Positions 37,468 through 47,417 of a DNA stretch of 64,000 nucleotides are shown here, one piece after another. The position numbers and the translations under genes were made by a program. This DNA is from Acidimicrobiales bacterium (GTDB taxonomy: Bacteria > Actinomycetota > Acidimicrobiia > Acidimicrobiales > JAHEJN01): the NCBI GenBank assembly GCA_024638845.1, contig JAHEJN010000006.1, positions 10,946 through 74,945 on the forward strand, read 5' to 3'. Numbering within the stretch: position 1 is the stretch's first letter; each line of letters starts with the position of its first letter. The notes under the pieces were generated by a model. The model was not told where the DNA came from, did not search any database, and was given only the letters and a program-made list of their open reading frames with translations.

Positions 37468-38880
37468 ATGCCAGCGATCGACTGGCGGGCGCAAACACTC
37501 CTCTCACTCTCATTTCTCCTCGCTTCGACGTTGACCGTTGCAGTGCCCGTCGCCGCCCTTGGCGATCCGGCTGCGGTCCCGGCCGAAACCGCGCCTGACC
37601 CACAGGCCACTCACGACCAGGCCGAGCCGTCATCGCCCTGTGCGCCCTCACCACCGGCGGATCCGTCCGAAGAGGTGGCCAGCTCGGAGCTGGTGCTCGT
37701 GGCCGGACGGTGCATCACCACGAGCGAGCTCGATCGACTGCTCGACGGCTACGAGAGCGCCGTGGCCGAGGAAGCCGCAGCATTGACCGAGCTGCGGTCG
37801 GCGTTCGCTTCCGCACAGGAGCTGCAGCTGGCGGTTGAAGCCACCCGGCTTTCGGTCGCGCAAGCGACCCGTCGCCTGGCCGACGCCAATGCCGAGGTCA
37901 TCCGCGCCACCGATCGGGAAAGGCTGGCGCTCACCGAGCTGGCTGCGATCAACGAGCGCCTGGCCGCGGAACGGACCCTGCTGCGCGACCAGTCGGTCGC
38001 GGCGTACATCACGGGCAATGATGCTCGGAAGGCGGTCCAGGACAGGGCCCTCGACCCAGGGACCACCAACGAGATCGCGAGCACCCGCGCCTATGGCCGA
38101 GTGCTGGTCGAGACGCAGGGCGACCAGGTGGATCTGGTCGCGCAGCTGCAGGTCGCGGCGAGTGCGCTCGACGCCGAACTGGCCGAGGCTCGCCGAAGTG
38201 CCGACGACGCGCGTGCGGCGCTGGTCGACGTCGAGACGACCGCCGAGGAGATCGGTCGCGAGCTGACCAGGCTGGCCGACGAGGCGAACACGGCGGCCAC
38301 CGAGCAGGGGCTGCACCTCGTCTCGATCCAGATGCGGCGCGACGAGTTCGCAGCACAGCTCGGCGTGACGCCCCCATCGACGGGGCAGTTGGCCGCAGTT
38401 CTCAATGCCGCGTCCGTGGCCGGTGCGTCCACTCGTCTCGACACTCGGCTCGGCTCCCCCCTCGAGGCGACGAGTATCGGATCGGTGTTCGGTCCGCGTC
38501 TGCACCCGATCTTCAACGAGGTCCGACCACACACCGGTATCGATCTGAGCGGGGCGGCCGGCGCCCCGATCTTCGCGACGGCGGCCGGGGAGGTCGTCGT
38601 CGCCGGCGACGAGGGCGGATACGGCCGCACCGTGGCCATCGATCATGGCGGTGGCGTGATCACGTTGTATGCCCATCAGAGCGCCATCGCCGTCGGGGTG
38701 GGGGACCAGCTGGCGGGCGGTGACCTCGTCGGCTACGTGGGTTCCACCGGCTACTCGACCGGCCCCCACCTGCACTTCGAGCTGCGCCTCGATGGGCGGC
38801 CCGTCGACCCCCTGCCCTTCGTGGATCTCGGCACGATCGCTGGGCCCGGTGCCGGCGCGACCCCGAAAGGCGAGGGCTGA
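37468..38880 (+). CDS. Secreted coiled-coil M23 (LytM-type) metallopeptidase, paralog 2
   Basis: Same architecture as paralog 1: HTGIDL and GPHLHFE. The catalytic domains are about 70% identical by eye. Confidence 0.88.
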   Translation: MPAIDWRAQTLLSLSFLLASTLTVAVPVAALGDPAAVPAETAPDPQATHDQAEPSSPCAPSPPADPSEEVASSELVLVAGRCITTSELDRLLDGYESAVAEEAAALTELRSAFASAQELQLAVEATRLSVAQATRRLADANAEVIRATDRERLALTELAAINERLAAERTLLRDQSVAAYITGNDARKAVQDRALDPGTTNEIASTRAYGRVLVETQGDQVDLVAQLQVAASALDAELAEARRSADDARAALVDVETTAEEIGRELTRLADEANTAATEQGLHLVSIQMRRDEFAAQLGVTPPSTGQLAAVLNAASVAGASTRLDTRLGSPLEATSIGSVFGPRLHPIFNEVRPHTGIDLSGAAGAPIFATAAGEVVVAGDEGGYGRTVAIDHGGGVITLYAHQSAIAVGVGDQLAGGDLVGYVGSTGYSTGPHLHFELRLDGRPVDPLPFVDLGTIAGPGAGATPKGEG

Positions 38881-38897
38881 TCTCCTATCGTCGGAGT

Positions 38898-39329
38898 GTG
38901 ATCCGCCCGATCGTCGTTGCCGCGACGGTACTCCTTGCCGCAGTCTCCTGTGGGTCCGATGCCGTCGATCCGGCTCAGGGCGACTCGGATGAGGCGCCCG
39001 TCGAGGATTCAAGCGAGGAGCTCCTTCCCGATGTGCTCGCAGTCGAGCTGACCGAGACCGGTGATCGGATCTTCACCGTGGCCGTCACGCTGAGCTCGCC
39101 CTACGACAGCCCAGAGCGGTATGCCGATGCCTGGAGAGTCATGGCTCCCGACGGCACCGTTCTCGGTGTCCGCGAGCTTCTCCACGATCACGCCAGTGAA
39201 CAGCCCTTCACCCGGACGCTGTCCGGCGTTTCGATCCCCACCGCCGTCGACGAGGTGACCGTGCAGGGACGCGACCAGGTTTCGGGCTGGGGCGGCGCCA
39301 CCGTCACGGTCGGTGTCCCGTCGCCGTGA
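38898..39329 (+). CDS. Lipoprotein, function unknown
   Basis: Lipobox LLAAVSC. GTG start preceded by GGAG. Confidence 0.7.
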   Translation: MIRPIVVAATVLLAAVSCGSDAVDPAQGDSDEAPVEDSSEELLPDVLAVELTETGDRIFTVAVTLSSPYDSPERYADAWRVMAPDGTVLGVRELLHDHASEQPFTRTLSGVSIPTAVDEVTVQGRDQVSGWGGATVTVGVPSP

Positions 39330-39410
39330 CCCCCATCGGCGTCTGACGCCGCTGACCGCGGCGAGTACGGTGACCCCGTCGCGCTGTTTGGGTCGCTGCA
39401 CGGAGGAACC

Positions 39411-40496
39411 ATGCCACAGGAAGTCCGAGGGGTCATCGCTCGTGCCAAGGGCGAGCCGGTCACCGTCGAAACCATCGTCATCCCCGATCCCGGTCCGGGC
39501 GAGGTCGTCGTGGCGGTACAGGCCTGTGGCGTCTGCCACACCGACCTCCACTACCGCGAGGGGGGCATCAACGACGACTTCCCGTTCCTGCTCGGACACG
39601 AAGCCGCCGGCATCGTCGAGACGGTCGGCGAAGGCGTCACCGAGGTTGCACCCGGGGACTTCGTCATCCTCAACTGGCGAGCGGTCTGCGGCGAGTGCCG
39701 TTCGTGTCTGCGCGGGCGGCCGCACTACTGCTTCGCCACCCACAACGCCCAGCAGAAGATGACCCTGCTCGACGGCACCGAGCTCTCTCCTGCCCTCGGC
39801 ATCGGCGCCTTCGCCGACAAGACGCTCGTCGCCGCCGGTCAGGCCACCAAGGTCGACCCCGAGGCTCGCCCCGAGGCGGCGGGGTTGCTCGGATGTGGGG
39901 TCATGGCCGGCATCGGCGCCGCGCTCAACACCGGTGGCGTGACCCGGGGCGACTCGGTCGCCGTCTTCGGATGCGGCGGCGTCGGCGACGCGGCGATCGA
40001 GGGCAGTCGAATCGCCGGGGCCCACACGATCATCGCCGTCGACCTCGACGACACCAAGCTCGAATGGGCGAAAGGCTTCGGCGCCACCCACACGGTGAAC
40101 GCCGCCACCGAGGACCCGGTGGCCCGGATCAAGGAGATCACCGGCGGCAATGGGGCCGATGTGGTGATCGAGGCCATCGGACTGCCCCACGTGTACAAGC
40201 AGGCCTTCGAGGCCCGCGACCTCGCCGGCACCGTGGTGCTCGTGGGTGTGCCCAACCCCGAGCACACGATCGAGCTGCCCTTCATCGAGGTCTTCGGCCG
40301 CGGCGGCGCCCTCAAGTCGAGCTGGTACGGCGACTGCCTTCCCAGCCGCGACTTCCCGATGCTCATCGACCTCTACCTCCAGGGGCGACTCAACCTCGAC
40401 GGGTTCGTCAGCGAGACGATCGGGCTCGATCAGGTCGAGGAGGCCTTTCACAAGATGGAGACCGGCGGCGTGTTGCGATCGGTTGTCGTCCTCTGA
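39411..40496 (+). CDS. S-(hydroxymethyl)mycothiol dehydrogenase (class III ADH, MscR/AdhE2-like)
   Basis: Near-collinear with remembered Rv2259: [68 protein letters not shown]. Confidence 0.88.
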   Translation: MPQEVRGVIARAKGEPVTVETIVIPDPGPGEVVVAVQACGVCHTDLHYREGGINDDFPFLLGHEAAGIVETVGEGVTEVAPGDFVILNWRAVCGECRSCLRGRPHYCFATHNAQQKMTLLDGTELSPALGIGAFADKTLVAAGQATKVDPEARPEAAGLLGCGVMAGIGAALNTGGVTRGDSVAVFGCGGVGDAAIEGSRIAGAHTIIAVDLDDTKLEWAKGFGATHTVNAATEDPVARIKEITGGNGADVVIEAIGLPHVYKQAFEARDLAGTVVLVGVPNPEHTIELPFIEVFGRGGALKSSWYGDCLPSRDFPMLIDLYLQGRLNLDGFVSETIGLDQVEEAFHKMETGGVLRSVVVL

Positions 40497-41137
40497 TGGG
40501 CCTGCATGTCGATCGCGTGGTGACCAGCGGCGTCTTCTCGCTCGACGGCGAGGATTTCGACGTCGACAACAACATCTGGATCATCGGTGACGAGCGCGAC
40601 GTGATCGTCGTCGATGCCGCCCACGACCACCGGCCCATCATCGAACGCATAGGCGGGCGCCGCGTGAAGGCAGTGATCTGCAGCCATGCCCACAACGATC
40701 ACATCAACGCCGCGGCCCAACTGGCCGAGGCAACCGACTCGCCGATCTGGTTGCATCCCGACGACACCATGCTCTGGGAGGTGGTCTACCCCGATCGACG
40801 GGTCGACGATGCGCTTTCGGACGGCCAGCGAATCACCATTGCCGGAGACGACCTCGTCGTGTTGCACACGCCGGGTCACTCACCCGGAGGGGTGTGCCTG
40901 CACGCGCCCAGCATCGCCACGGTCTTCAGTGGCGACACGCTGTTCAACGGAGGGCCGGGTGCGACCGGCCGGTCGTTCTCGGACCGACAGGTTCTGATCA
41001 ACAGCATCGAGCGACAACTGGGTGGTCTCGAAGACGGCACGCTGGTGAACACCGGTCACGGCGAGAGCACGACCATCGGTGACGAGCTACCCAACATCGC
41101 CGCCTGGAGGGCAGAGAGCACCGATGACGATGGATGA
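40496..41137 (+). CDS. MBL-fold hydrolase (Rv2260-like; candidate S-formylmycothiol hydrolase)
   Basis: ICSHAHNDH (HxHxDH) and TPGHSPGG. ATG overlaps the upstream stop (TGATG). Confidence 0.8.
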   Translation: MGLHVDRVVTSGVFSLDGEDFDVDNNIWIIGDERDVIVVDAAHDHRPIIERIGGRRVKAVICSHAHNDHINAAAQLAEATDSPIWLHPDDTMLWEVVYPDRRVDDALSDGQRITIAGDDLVVLHTPGHSPGGVCLHAPSIATVFSGDTLFNGGPGATGRSFSDRQVLINSIERQLGGLEDGTLVNTGHGESTTIGDELPNIAAWRAESTDDDG

Positions 41138-42179
41138 CGACAAGCTCGGACTTCTGACCCTTCGGGCCTGGAAGACCCGAGAGGGGGCACTGGTCAACGC
41201 CATGATGTACCTCGGTCACTCCCTCGGCCTCTTCGCGGCCATGCCCGTCGGCGAGACGATCGACCCGTCCGGGCTGGCCGAACGCACCGGCCATGACCCT
41301 CGCTGGCTCGAGGAATGGCTGCGGTGCATGGCTGCGGCCGAGCTCCTCGAGAGCGACGACGGCCACCGCTTCCTCCTCAGTCCCGAGGGTGCTGCCGTGC
41401 TGGTCGACGATGCAAGCCCCAACTTTGCCGGCGGTGCCATGCAGGCGCCGATCGCCCCGTCGCACCTCGAGGCGGTCGGCACCGCGATCCGCACCGGCCG
41501 AGGCTTCAGCTACAGCGACCTCGGTACCGAGATGGCCAAGAACGTCGAGGCCGGTTTCGCGCCGTCGGAACGGGCGCTGCTGCTGCCTGCACTCGTGCCA
41601 GCGATCGCCGGCCTGGCCGATCGTCTCGAAGCCGGCGGGTCGCTCGTCGACGTGGGCTGCGGCACCGGCCACACCCTCGAGCTGCTGGCCGATGCGTACC
41701 CGGGCGCGACCTTTGCCGGATACGACCCGTCGGTGCCCGCCACCGACATCGCCCGCGAGCGCTTCGCCGGCAATCCGCGGGTGAGTATCCACACCGAGTT
41801 CGGTCACGACCTGCCATCCGATCCCCGGTTCGACGTCGCCCTCACCTTCGACTGTCTGCACGACATGCCCCGACCCGACCTCACCCTCGCAGCGGTACGC
41901 CGAGCGCTACGCGACGACGGAGTGCTGGTGGTGAAGGAGATCAGGTCGACGGGTGACTTCCGCACCGATCGCAAGAACCCGGTCCACGCCATGATGTACG
42001 GGTCCTCGCTGACCACGTGCCTGGCCTCGGCCACCTCCATCCCCGACGGGCTCGGCCTCGGCACCCTCGGTCTGCATCCCGAGGCTCTGGAGCGGCTGTG
42101 TCTCGCCGCCGGGTTCTCGTCGGTGACGATGCACGACATCGGCGATCCGGTCAATCTGTACTACGAAGTCCGTCCCTGA
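41124..42179 (+). CDS. Class I SAM-dependent methyltransferase with an N-terminal wHTH-like dimerisation domain
   Basis: Motif I LVDVGCGTGH. Start trimmed to MTMDDDK (41124); the exact start is uncertain. Confidence 0.75.
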   Translation: MTMDDDKLGLLTLRAWKTREGALVNAMMYLGHSLGLFAAMPVGETIDPSGLAERTGHDPRWLEEWLRCMAAAELLESDDGHRFLLSPEGAAVLVDDASPNFAGGAMQAPIAPSHLEAVGTAIRTGRGFSYSDLGTEMAKNVEAGFAPSERALLLPALVPAIAGLADRLEAGGSLVDVGCGTGHTLELLADAYPGATFAGYDPSVPATDIARERFAGNPRVSIHTEFGHDLPSDPRFDVALTFDCLHDMPRPDLTLAAVRRALRDDGVLVVKEIRSTGDFRTDRKNPVHAMMYGSSLTTCLASATSIPDGLGLGTLGLHPEALERLCLAAGFSSVTMHDIGDPVNLYYEVRP

Positions 42180-42193
42180 CCCGGAGCGAGTCC

Positions 42194-43432
42194 ATGGCCA
42201 TCGACTTCACCCTGACCCCGGAGCTCGAGCAGCTTCGCGGCCGAGTCCGGTCCTTCGTCGCCGACGTGGTGAAGCCCGAGGAAGCCCGCATCGACGGGTC
42301 GAACGGCGGCGACGCGCTGGTGGGGTCCGATCGCCTCGCGGCGCTCGTCGCGCTGCGCAAGCAGGCCCACGCCGAGGGGCTCTGGCTCCCCCACATGCCG
42401 ACCGAGTGGGGCGGTATGGGTCTCGGGCACGTCGAGTTGGCCATGGTGCAGGCCGAAGCGGCCAAGAGCTACTACGGCCCATGGGTGCTCAACTGCCAGG
42501 CCCCCGACGAGGGCAACATGCACACCCTCCTGCACTGGGGGACCGACCAGCAGAAGCAGCAGTACCTGAAGCCGCTGTGCGAGGGCAAGGCCTGGTCGTG
42601 TTTCGCCATGACCGAGCCCGAGGTGGCGGGCTCGGACCCCACCCTCATCCGCTCCCGCGCCTACCCCGACGGTGACGAATGGGTGATCAACGGGCACAAG
42701 TGGTTCATCTCGAACGCGCACCGGGCGAACTTCGCCATCCTCGTCTGTCGCACCGAGGACGACCCCGAGATTCCGCAAGCCGCCAACACCGCGTTCATCG
42801 TCGAGCTCCCGACCGAGGGTTGGACCGAGGTTCGCCAGATCGAGACGATGCACGGCAGCACCGGACACAGCGAGATCCTCATCGAGGACCTACGCGTCCA
42901 CGACGATCAGATGCTCGGCGGGCGGGGCCAAGGCCATCTGCTCGGGCAGTACCGGCTGGGACCCGCCCGTCTGGCGCACTGCATGCGATGGATCGCCCAA
43001 GCCGAGACCGCACTCGACATGATGGTCGCACGGTCCCTCGAGCGCTTCTCCCACGGGTCGTTGCTGGCTGAGAAGCAGGGCATCCAGTGGATGATCGCCG
43101 ACTCGACGATGGAGCTCTACCAGTGCAAGCTCATGGTGCTCCACGCCGCCCACAAGATCGATCGCGGTGACGACTTCAAGGCCGAGGTCTCGATGGCCAA
43201 GCACTTCGTCGCCAACAGCCTCGGCCGGATCATCGACCGGTCGATCCAGGTGCACGGGGCGCTCGGCTACAGCACCGACACCCCGCTGGCCCACATGTAT
43301 CAACACGCCCGCTGGGCTCGCTTCGCCGATGGTGCCGACGAAGTCCACCAGATGCGCATTGCTCAACGCACCATTGCCGCGTTCACCGACCACGGCTCGA
43401 CCCGCCGCGCCACCGGCGACCTGCCGATCTGA
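42194..43432 (+). CDS. Acyl-CoA dehydrogenase
   Basis: CFAMTEPEVAGSD, GHKWFISNA, QVHGALGY. Start trimmed to MAIDFTLTPEL. Confidence 0.9.
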   Translation: MAIDFTLTPELEQLRGRVRSFVADVVKPEEARIDGSNGGDALVGSDRLAALVALRKQAHAEGLWLPHMPTEWGGMGLGHVELAMVQAEAAKSYYGPWVLNCQAPDEGNMHTLLHWGTDQQKQQYLKPLCEGKAWSCFAMTEPEVAGSDPTLIRSRAYPDGDEWVINGHKWFISNAHRANFAILVCRTEDDPEIPQAANTAFIVELPTEGWTEVRQIETMHGSTGHSEILIEDLRVHDDQMLGGRGQGHLLGQYRLGPARLAHCMRWIAQAETALDMMVARSLERFSHGSLLAEKQGIQWMIADSTMELYQCKLMVLHAAHKIDRGDDFKAEVSMAKHFVANSLGRIIDRSIQVHGALGYSTDTPLAHMYQHARWARFADGADEVHQMRIAQRTIAAFTDHGSTRRATGDLPI

Positions 43433-43447
43433 GCCCGAGGAGACCCC

Positions 43448-44218
43448 ATGACCGACTCGCCGACTCGATTGTCGATGGCCGACGGACTCGCCACCATCAC
43501 GCTGGCCCGACCCGAGAACAAGAACGCCCTGAGCGTCGATCTGGTCGAGAGCCTGCTGAGCCAACTCTCCGACGCCATCCTCGATCCCGACGTCCGCGTC
43601 ATCGTGGTCACCAACGAGGGCGGGACGTTCTGCGCGGGAGCCGATCTCAAGGCCGCGGGCGAGGGGCGGCACGGCTCGTCGGCGTCGCTGCTGGTGACGC
43701 TGCTGGAGACCATCGTCGACTCACCCAAACCGACAGTTGCCCGCATCGACGGCCACTGTCTCGGCGGGGGCGTGGGGCTGGCCGCCGCCTTCGACATCTC
43801 GGTGGCCCGCAGTGACGTGAAGTTCGGTTTCACCGAGGCTCGTCTCGGCGTCGCCCCGGCGGTCATATCGGTCGTGTGCCTGCCCAAGCTCCGGGCGGCC
43901 GATGCGCGAGAGCTGTTCCTCAGGTCGAGCCGTTTCGATGCCACCCGGGCCGCCGAGGTCGGGCTGATCAATCATGCGGTCGGGGCCGGTGCGCTCGACG
44001 ACACGGTTGCCGCGGTGGTCTCCGACGTGATGGCCGGCGGGCCTCTGGCGCTGGCCGCATGCAAGCAGCTCCTTGCGCAGGTGCCGCTGCTCGATCGCTT
44101 CGAGGCCTTCGAATGGACCGAGGAGCTGTCGACGGAGCTCTTCGGGTCCGACGAGGCGGCCGAGGGCATTGCCGCCTTCCTCGAACGTCGACCCGCCGGC
44201 TGGATCCCCGACGACTAG
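43448..44218 (+). CDS. Enoyl-CoA hydratase/isomerase family protein
   Basis: FCAGADLKA, GHCLGGGVGLAAAFDI, and EGIAAFLERR at the C-terminus. Confidence 0.9.
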   Translation: MTDSPTRLSMADGLATITLARPENKNALSVDLVESLLSQLSDAILDPDVRVIVVTNEGGTFCAGADLKAAGEGRHGSSASLLVTLLETIVDSPKPTVARIDGHCLGGGVGLAAAFDISVARSDVKFGFTEARLGVAPAVISVVCLPKLRAADARELFLRSSRFDATRAAEVGLINHAVGAGALDDTVAAVVSDVMAGGPLALAACKQLLAQVPLLDRFEAFEWTEELSTELFGSDEAAEGIAAFLERRPAGWIPDD

Positions 44219-46233
44219 CGGACGAGTCGGAGGGGTACCCGTATCGCCTTGCGGTTCTCCATGAACTCGGTGATGGCCGATGCCGAGAGCGGTTCCGAGA
44301 CGAGATACCCCTGGTACTCGTCACAGCCGAGGGCGCGTACGATGTCGAGCGCCTCACGGGTCTCGACGCCCTCGGCAATCGTTGCGAGACCGAGATTCCG
44401 ACCCAGATCGATGACCGATCGAACGATGTTGAGGTCGCCGCCGTTGGTGGCCAGCTCGGTCACGAACGATCGGTCGATCTTGATCCGATCGATGGTGAGG
44501 CGGCGCAGGCTGGCGAGCGACGAGTAGCCCGTGCCGAAGTCGTCGATGGCAAGGGTCACACCGAGCCCGCGCAGATGGCCGAGAACCGACGCAGAGCGGG
44601 TGGGATCCTGCAGAACGGCATTCTCGGTGATCTCGATCTCGAGAAAGGTGGGGTCGATGCCGTGGAACCGCAGGGCCGAGCGCACCCGATCGGGGAAGTG
44701 GAGATCGTGGAGGTTCCGGGCCGATGCATTCACCGCAACGCCGATGACCAGACCCCGAGCGTGCCAAGCGGCGAGTTGCTCGAGCGCCAGTTCGAGCACC
44801 CGGTCGGTGATCTCGTTGATCAGATCGGTGTGTTCGGCTTGCGGCATGAAGCGGTCGGGCTCGACCAGGCCCTCGGTCGGGTGGTTCCAGCGGATGAGGG
44901 CCTCGACGCTGGTTATGTCGTCGGTGTGGGTGTGCATCTTCGGCTGGTAGAAGACCGTCAGCTCCTCGTTGTCGAGCGCCCGTTGCAGGTCCGCGAGCAA
45001 CGTGTGTCGATCGGTGGCGGTTCCGAGCCCCACATCGAGCGTCGAAGCCGTCGCGACCGGATTCGAGGTGGCCTTGGCGGTGTGGGCCGCCATCTCTGCG
45101 CTGTTGGTGAGGTCACTGACGGTCGAGCCGTTGTACGGAAACACAGCCACACCGGCGTGGGCCCCGATCCCGATGGGTACGCCGCGGACTTCGATGCGGC
45201 GCTCGATCGAGTCGACGAGGCGATGGGCGACGATGGTCGCGTCGTCGTCGGACTCGATGCGTCCCAGCAGGAAGGCGAACGTCTCGCCGTCGAGCCGAGC
45301 AACCAGGTCGACGGTTCGGGCCTCGTCCTGGATTCGCCCGGCGACCTGTCGGAGCACCTCGTCGCGGAGATCGAGCCCGAGGCGGTCGGCGATACCCGGG
45401 ATGCCATCGAGGGCCGCGGTGATCAGCGCGACCTTGGCGTTCTCTCGCCGGGCCGCGTCGAGCAGCAGATCTGCGTGTTCGAGGAACATCGCCCGATTGG
45501 CCATGCCGGTGACCGGATCGTGAGTAGCAGCATGGCGTTCCGAGTCGGCGGTCATGGCGGAATGCCGCACGGCGAGAACCACTACGACGAGGAGTGGCGT
45601 GAGCAGGGGTGCGCTCAGACCGACCACGATGAAGAGCGGGGCCAAGAAGACCAGGAGCGCATCGATGGCGCCGCTGGCCCGGACCGTGCGGCTGATCGTT
45701 GCCGGGAACCCTAGGCCGCGAGCCGATGCCTCGATCGCACTGCCGACAACGATTGCGGTGAGATAGGCGGTGATCGAGGCGACGCCGACTGCTACCAGCC
45801 ACATCGAGCTGATGGCCCCGTCCCGCGTCGGCTCGACGAGCGGTGCGACCTGGTTGCCGGCCATCGTGCCCAAGCTGAGCGCGATCACGAGCGTGGCGCT
45901 GGCCACGAGCGTGTCGAGGGTCGAGCGGCCTCGGGCGAGTGCAGCGGCGAACGACGCTGATCCGGCCACCACCATGGCCACGAGTGGTGACGCGAGGAAG
46001 CTGACGGCGAGGATCAGAGACCATGGATGACGTCGGGGCGTCGGGCCCGTCGGCAGCTCTTCGCTCGCCGAAGCGGCGAGGAGCAGCACGATGAAGAGCA
46101 CGGTGAGTGCCGGACGGGGCCCGGCCAGGTTCTCGGGAGTGCTGGCCAGCGCCTGGGTGAACAGGATCGCGAGAGCCCATCCGATGGCGAGGCCTCGTAG
46201 CGGGGCCGAGCGAGTATGCATCGAGATGCTCAT
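44215..46233 (-). CDS. Membrane-anchored c-di-GMP phosphodiesterase: multi-TM N-terminus + degenerate GGDEF + intact EAL
   Basis: The GGDEF position reads RLDGETF. The EAL domain has EALIRW, NASARN, EIEITE, DDFGTGYSS, KIDRSF, EGVE and QGY. Confidence 0.88.
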   Translation of the reverse strand: MSISMHTRSAPLRGLAIGWALAILFTQALASTPENLAGPRPALTVLFIVLLLAASASEELPTGPTPRRHPWSLILAVSFLASPLVAMVVAGSASFAAALARGRSTLDTLVASATLVIALSLGTMAGNQVAPLVEPTRDGAISSMWLVAVGVASITAYLTAIVVGSAIEASARGLGFPATISRTVRASGAIDALLVFLAPLFIVVGLSAPLLTPLLVVVVLAVRHSAMTADSERHAATHDPVTGMANRAMFLEHADLLLDAARRENAKVALITAALDGIPGIADRLGLDLRDEVLRQVAGRIQDEARTVDLVARLDGETFAFLLGRIESDDDATIVAHRLVDSIERRIEVRGVPIGIGAHAGVAVFPYNGSTVSDLTNSAEMAAHTAKATSNPVATASTLDVGLGTATDRHTLLADLQRALDNEELTVFYQPKMHTHTDDITSVEALIRWNHPTEGLVEPDRFMPQAEHTDLINEITDRVLELALEQLAAWHARGLVIGVAVNASARNLHDLHFPDRVRSALRFHGIDPTFLEIEITENAVLQDPTRSASVLGHLRGLGVTLAIDDFGTGYSSLASLRRLTIDRIKIDRSFVTELATNGGDLNIVRSVIDLGRNLGLATIAEGVETREALDIVRALGCDEYQGYLVSEPLSASAITEFMENRKAIRVPLRLVR

Positions 46234-46361
46234 GGGGGAGAGGGGTGCACTCTTGCCGGAGCCCTGGGTCGTGAATCCGCTGTGCTACCGCCCGCTTCGG
46301 GCAGCACGGAACAGTGTTGTCGACCTATGCGCTTGTGTCATGAGGCCCACGGCACAAACCG

Positions 46362-46387
46362 CCGAGGGGAGCATTTCCCGTCCTCGG
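46362..46387 (-). terminator. Hairpin downstream of meaB (CCGAGG...CCTCGG)
   Basis: On the minus strand: CCGAGGACGGGAAATGCTCCCCTCGG followed by CGGTTTGTG. It lies 50 nt past the meaB stop. Confidence 0.35.
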
Positions 46388-46436
46388 TGGGTCATTCGGC
46401 CCAGCGCGATCGGCCGGGGTACGGCGCTCGCCCGGT

Positions 46437-47417
46437 TCAGGAGCCGAGAGACGCGGTGCCCTCGTCGAGGATGATCTCGGCCGCCGCCACCGGATCGATG
46501 CGGCCCGACGCCAGATCGGCGAGCGCGCGCTCGCCGGCCGACGAGTCGAACACAGCGCGGGTCAGCCGGTGTATCCGCCCGGCCACGAGGGCCTCGACCT
46601 CAGCTCGAAGTCGGAGAAGCTGGCGGAGCTGGCGGGCATTGGACGCGTCGAGCAGCGAGCGGTGGTCGATGATCTCGGTCCACAGCTCGTCGATTCCGGT
46701 GCCGGAGAGGCTCTCGGTGAGAACGATCGGGGCCCGTCGCCCACGGTACGCCTCGTGTCCGGTCACATGGCTCAGGTCGAGCATCCGCTCGAGGTCGAGG
46801 CGAAGGGCCTCGGCTTCGGGGAGGTCGGCCTTGTTCACCACGAAGATGTCAGCGATCTCGAGGAGACCGGCCTTGTTCGCCTGGACGGCATCGCCGGTTC
46901 CGGGGTTGGCCACCACCACAGTCGTGTCAGCCATGGCTGCGATGTCGACTTCGACCTGACCGACGCCGACCGTTTCGATGATGATCGGATCGAACCCCGT
47001 CGCATCGAGCACCCGTATGGCTCCGGGAACGGCGACCGCCAGGCCGCCTGCGTGTCCTCGGGTGGCGATCGATCGTACGAACACGTCGCCTCCGGTGCGG
47101 TCGATCCGGATGCGATCGCCGAGAATGGCGCCGCCGGTGAGCGGTGACGAGGGGTCGACCGCCAGTACCGCGGGATTCGCACCTGAGGCGGCGGCCGCGG
47201 CCGTGAGACGACCGACCAAGGTCGATTTCCCCGAGCCGGGTGGGCCGGTGATGCCGACGATGTGCGCTCGGGCCGACCGGCCGTGCAGGGCCGCGGTCAG
47301 ACGATCGGCCTCCGCGCCGCCCCGCTCGGCCACCGAGAGCAGCCGGCCCACCGCCCGGCGCTGGCCGCCGAGTGCTCGCTCGACGATGTCGTCGAGGTCG
47401 AGACCTCGTTGCGTCAC
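46437..47417 (-). CDS. meaB: Acyl-CoA mutase-associated G-protein chaperone (MeaB/ArgK family)
   Basis: GITGPPGSGKST, DPSSPLTGGAILGDRIR, NKADL. The GTG start overlaps the upstream stop (GTGA). Confidence 0.92.
   Translation of the reverse strand: MTQRGLDLDDIVERALGGQRRAVGRLLSVAERGGAEADRLTAALHGRSARAHIVGITGPPGSGKSTLVGRLTAAAAASGANPAVLAVDPSSPLTGGAILGDRIRIDRTGGDVFVRSIATRGHAGGLAVAVPGAIRVLDATGFDPIIIETVGVGQVEVDIAAMADTTVVVANPGTGDAVQANKAGLLEIADIFVVNKADLPEAEALRLDLERMLDLSHVTGHEAYRGRRAPIVLTESLSGTGIDELWTEIIDHRSLLDASNARQLRQLLRLRAEVEALVAGRIHRLTRAVFDSSAGERALADLASGRIDPVAAAEIILDEGTASLGS

Noticed and set aside
43876-45714. 612-aa + strand ORF
   Set aside because: It is antisense to the GGDEF-EAL gene, whose motifs are unambiguous. 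Composition is shadow-like.
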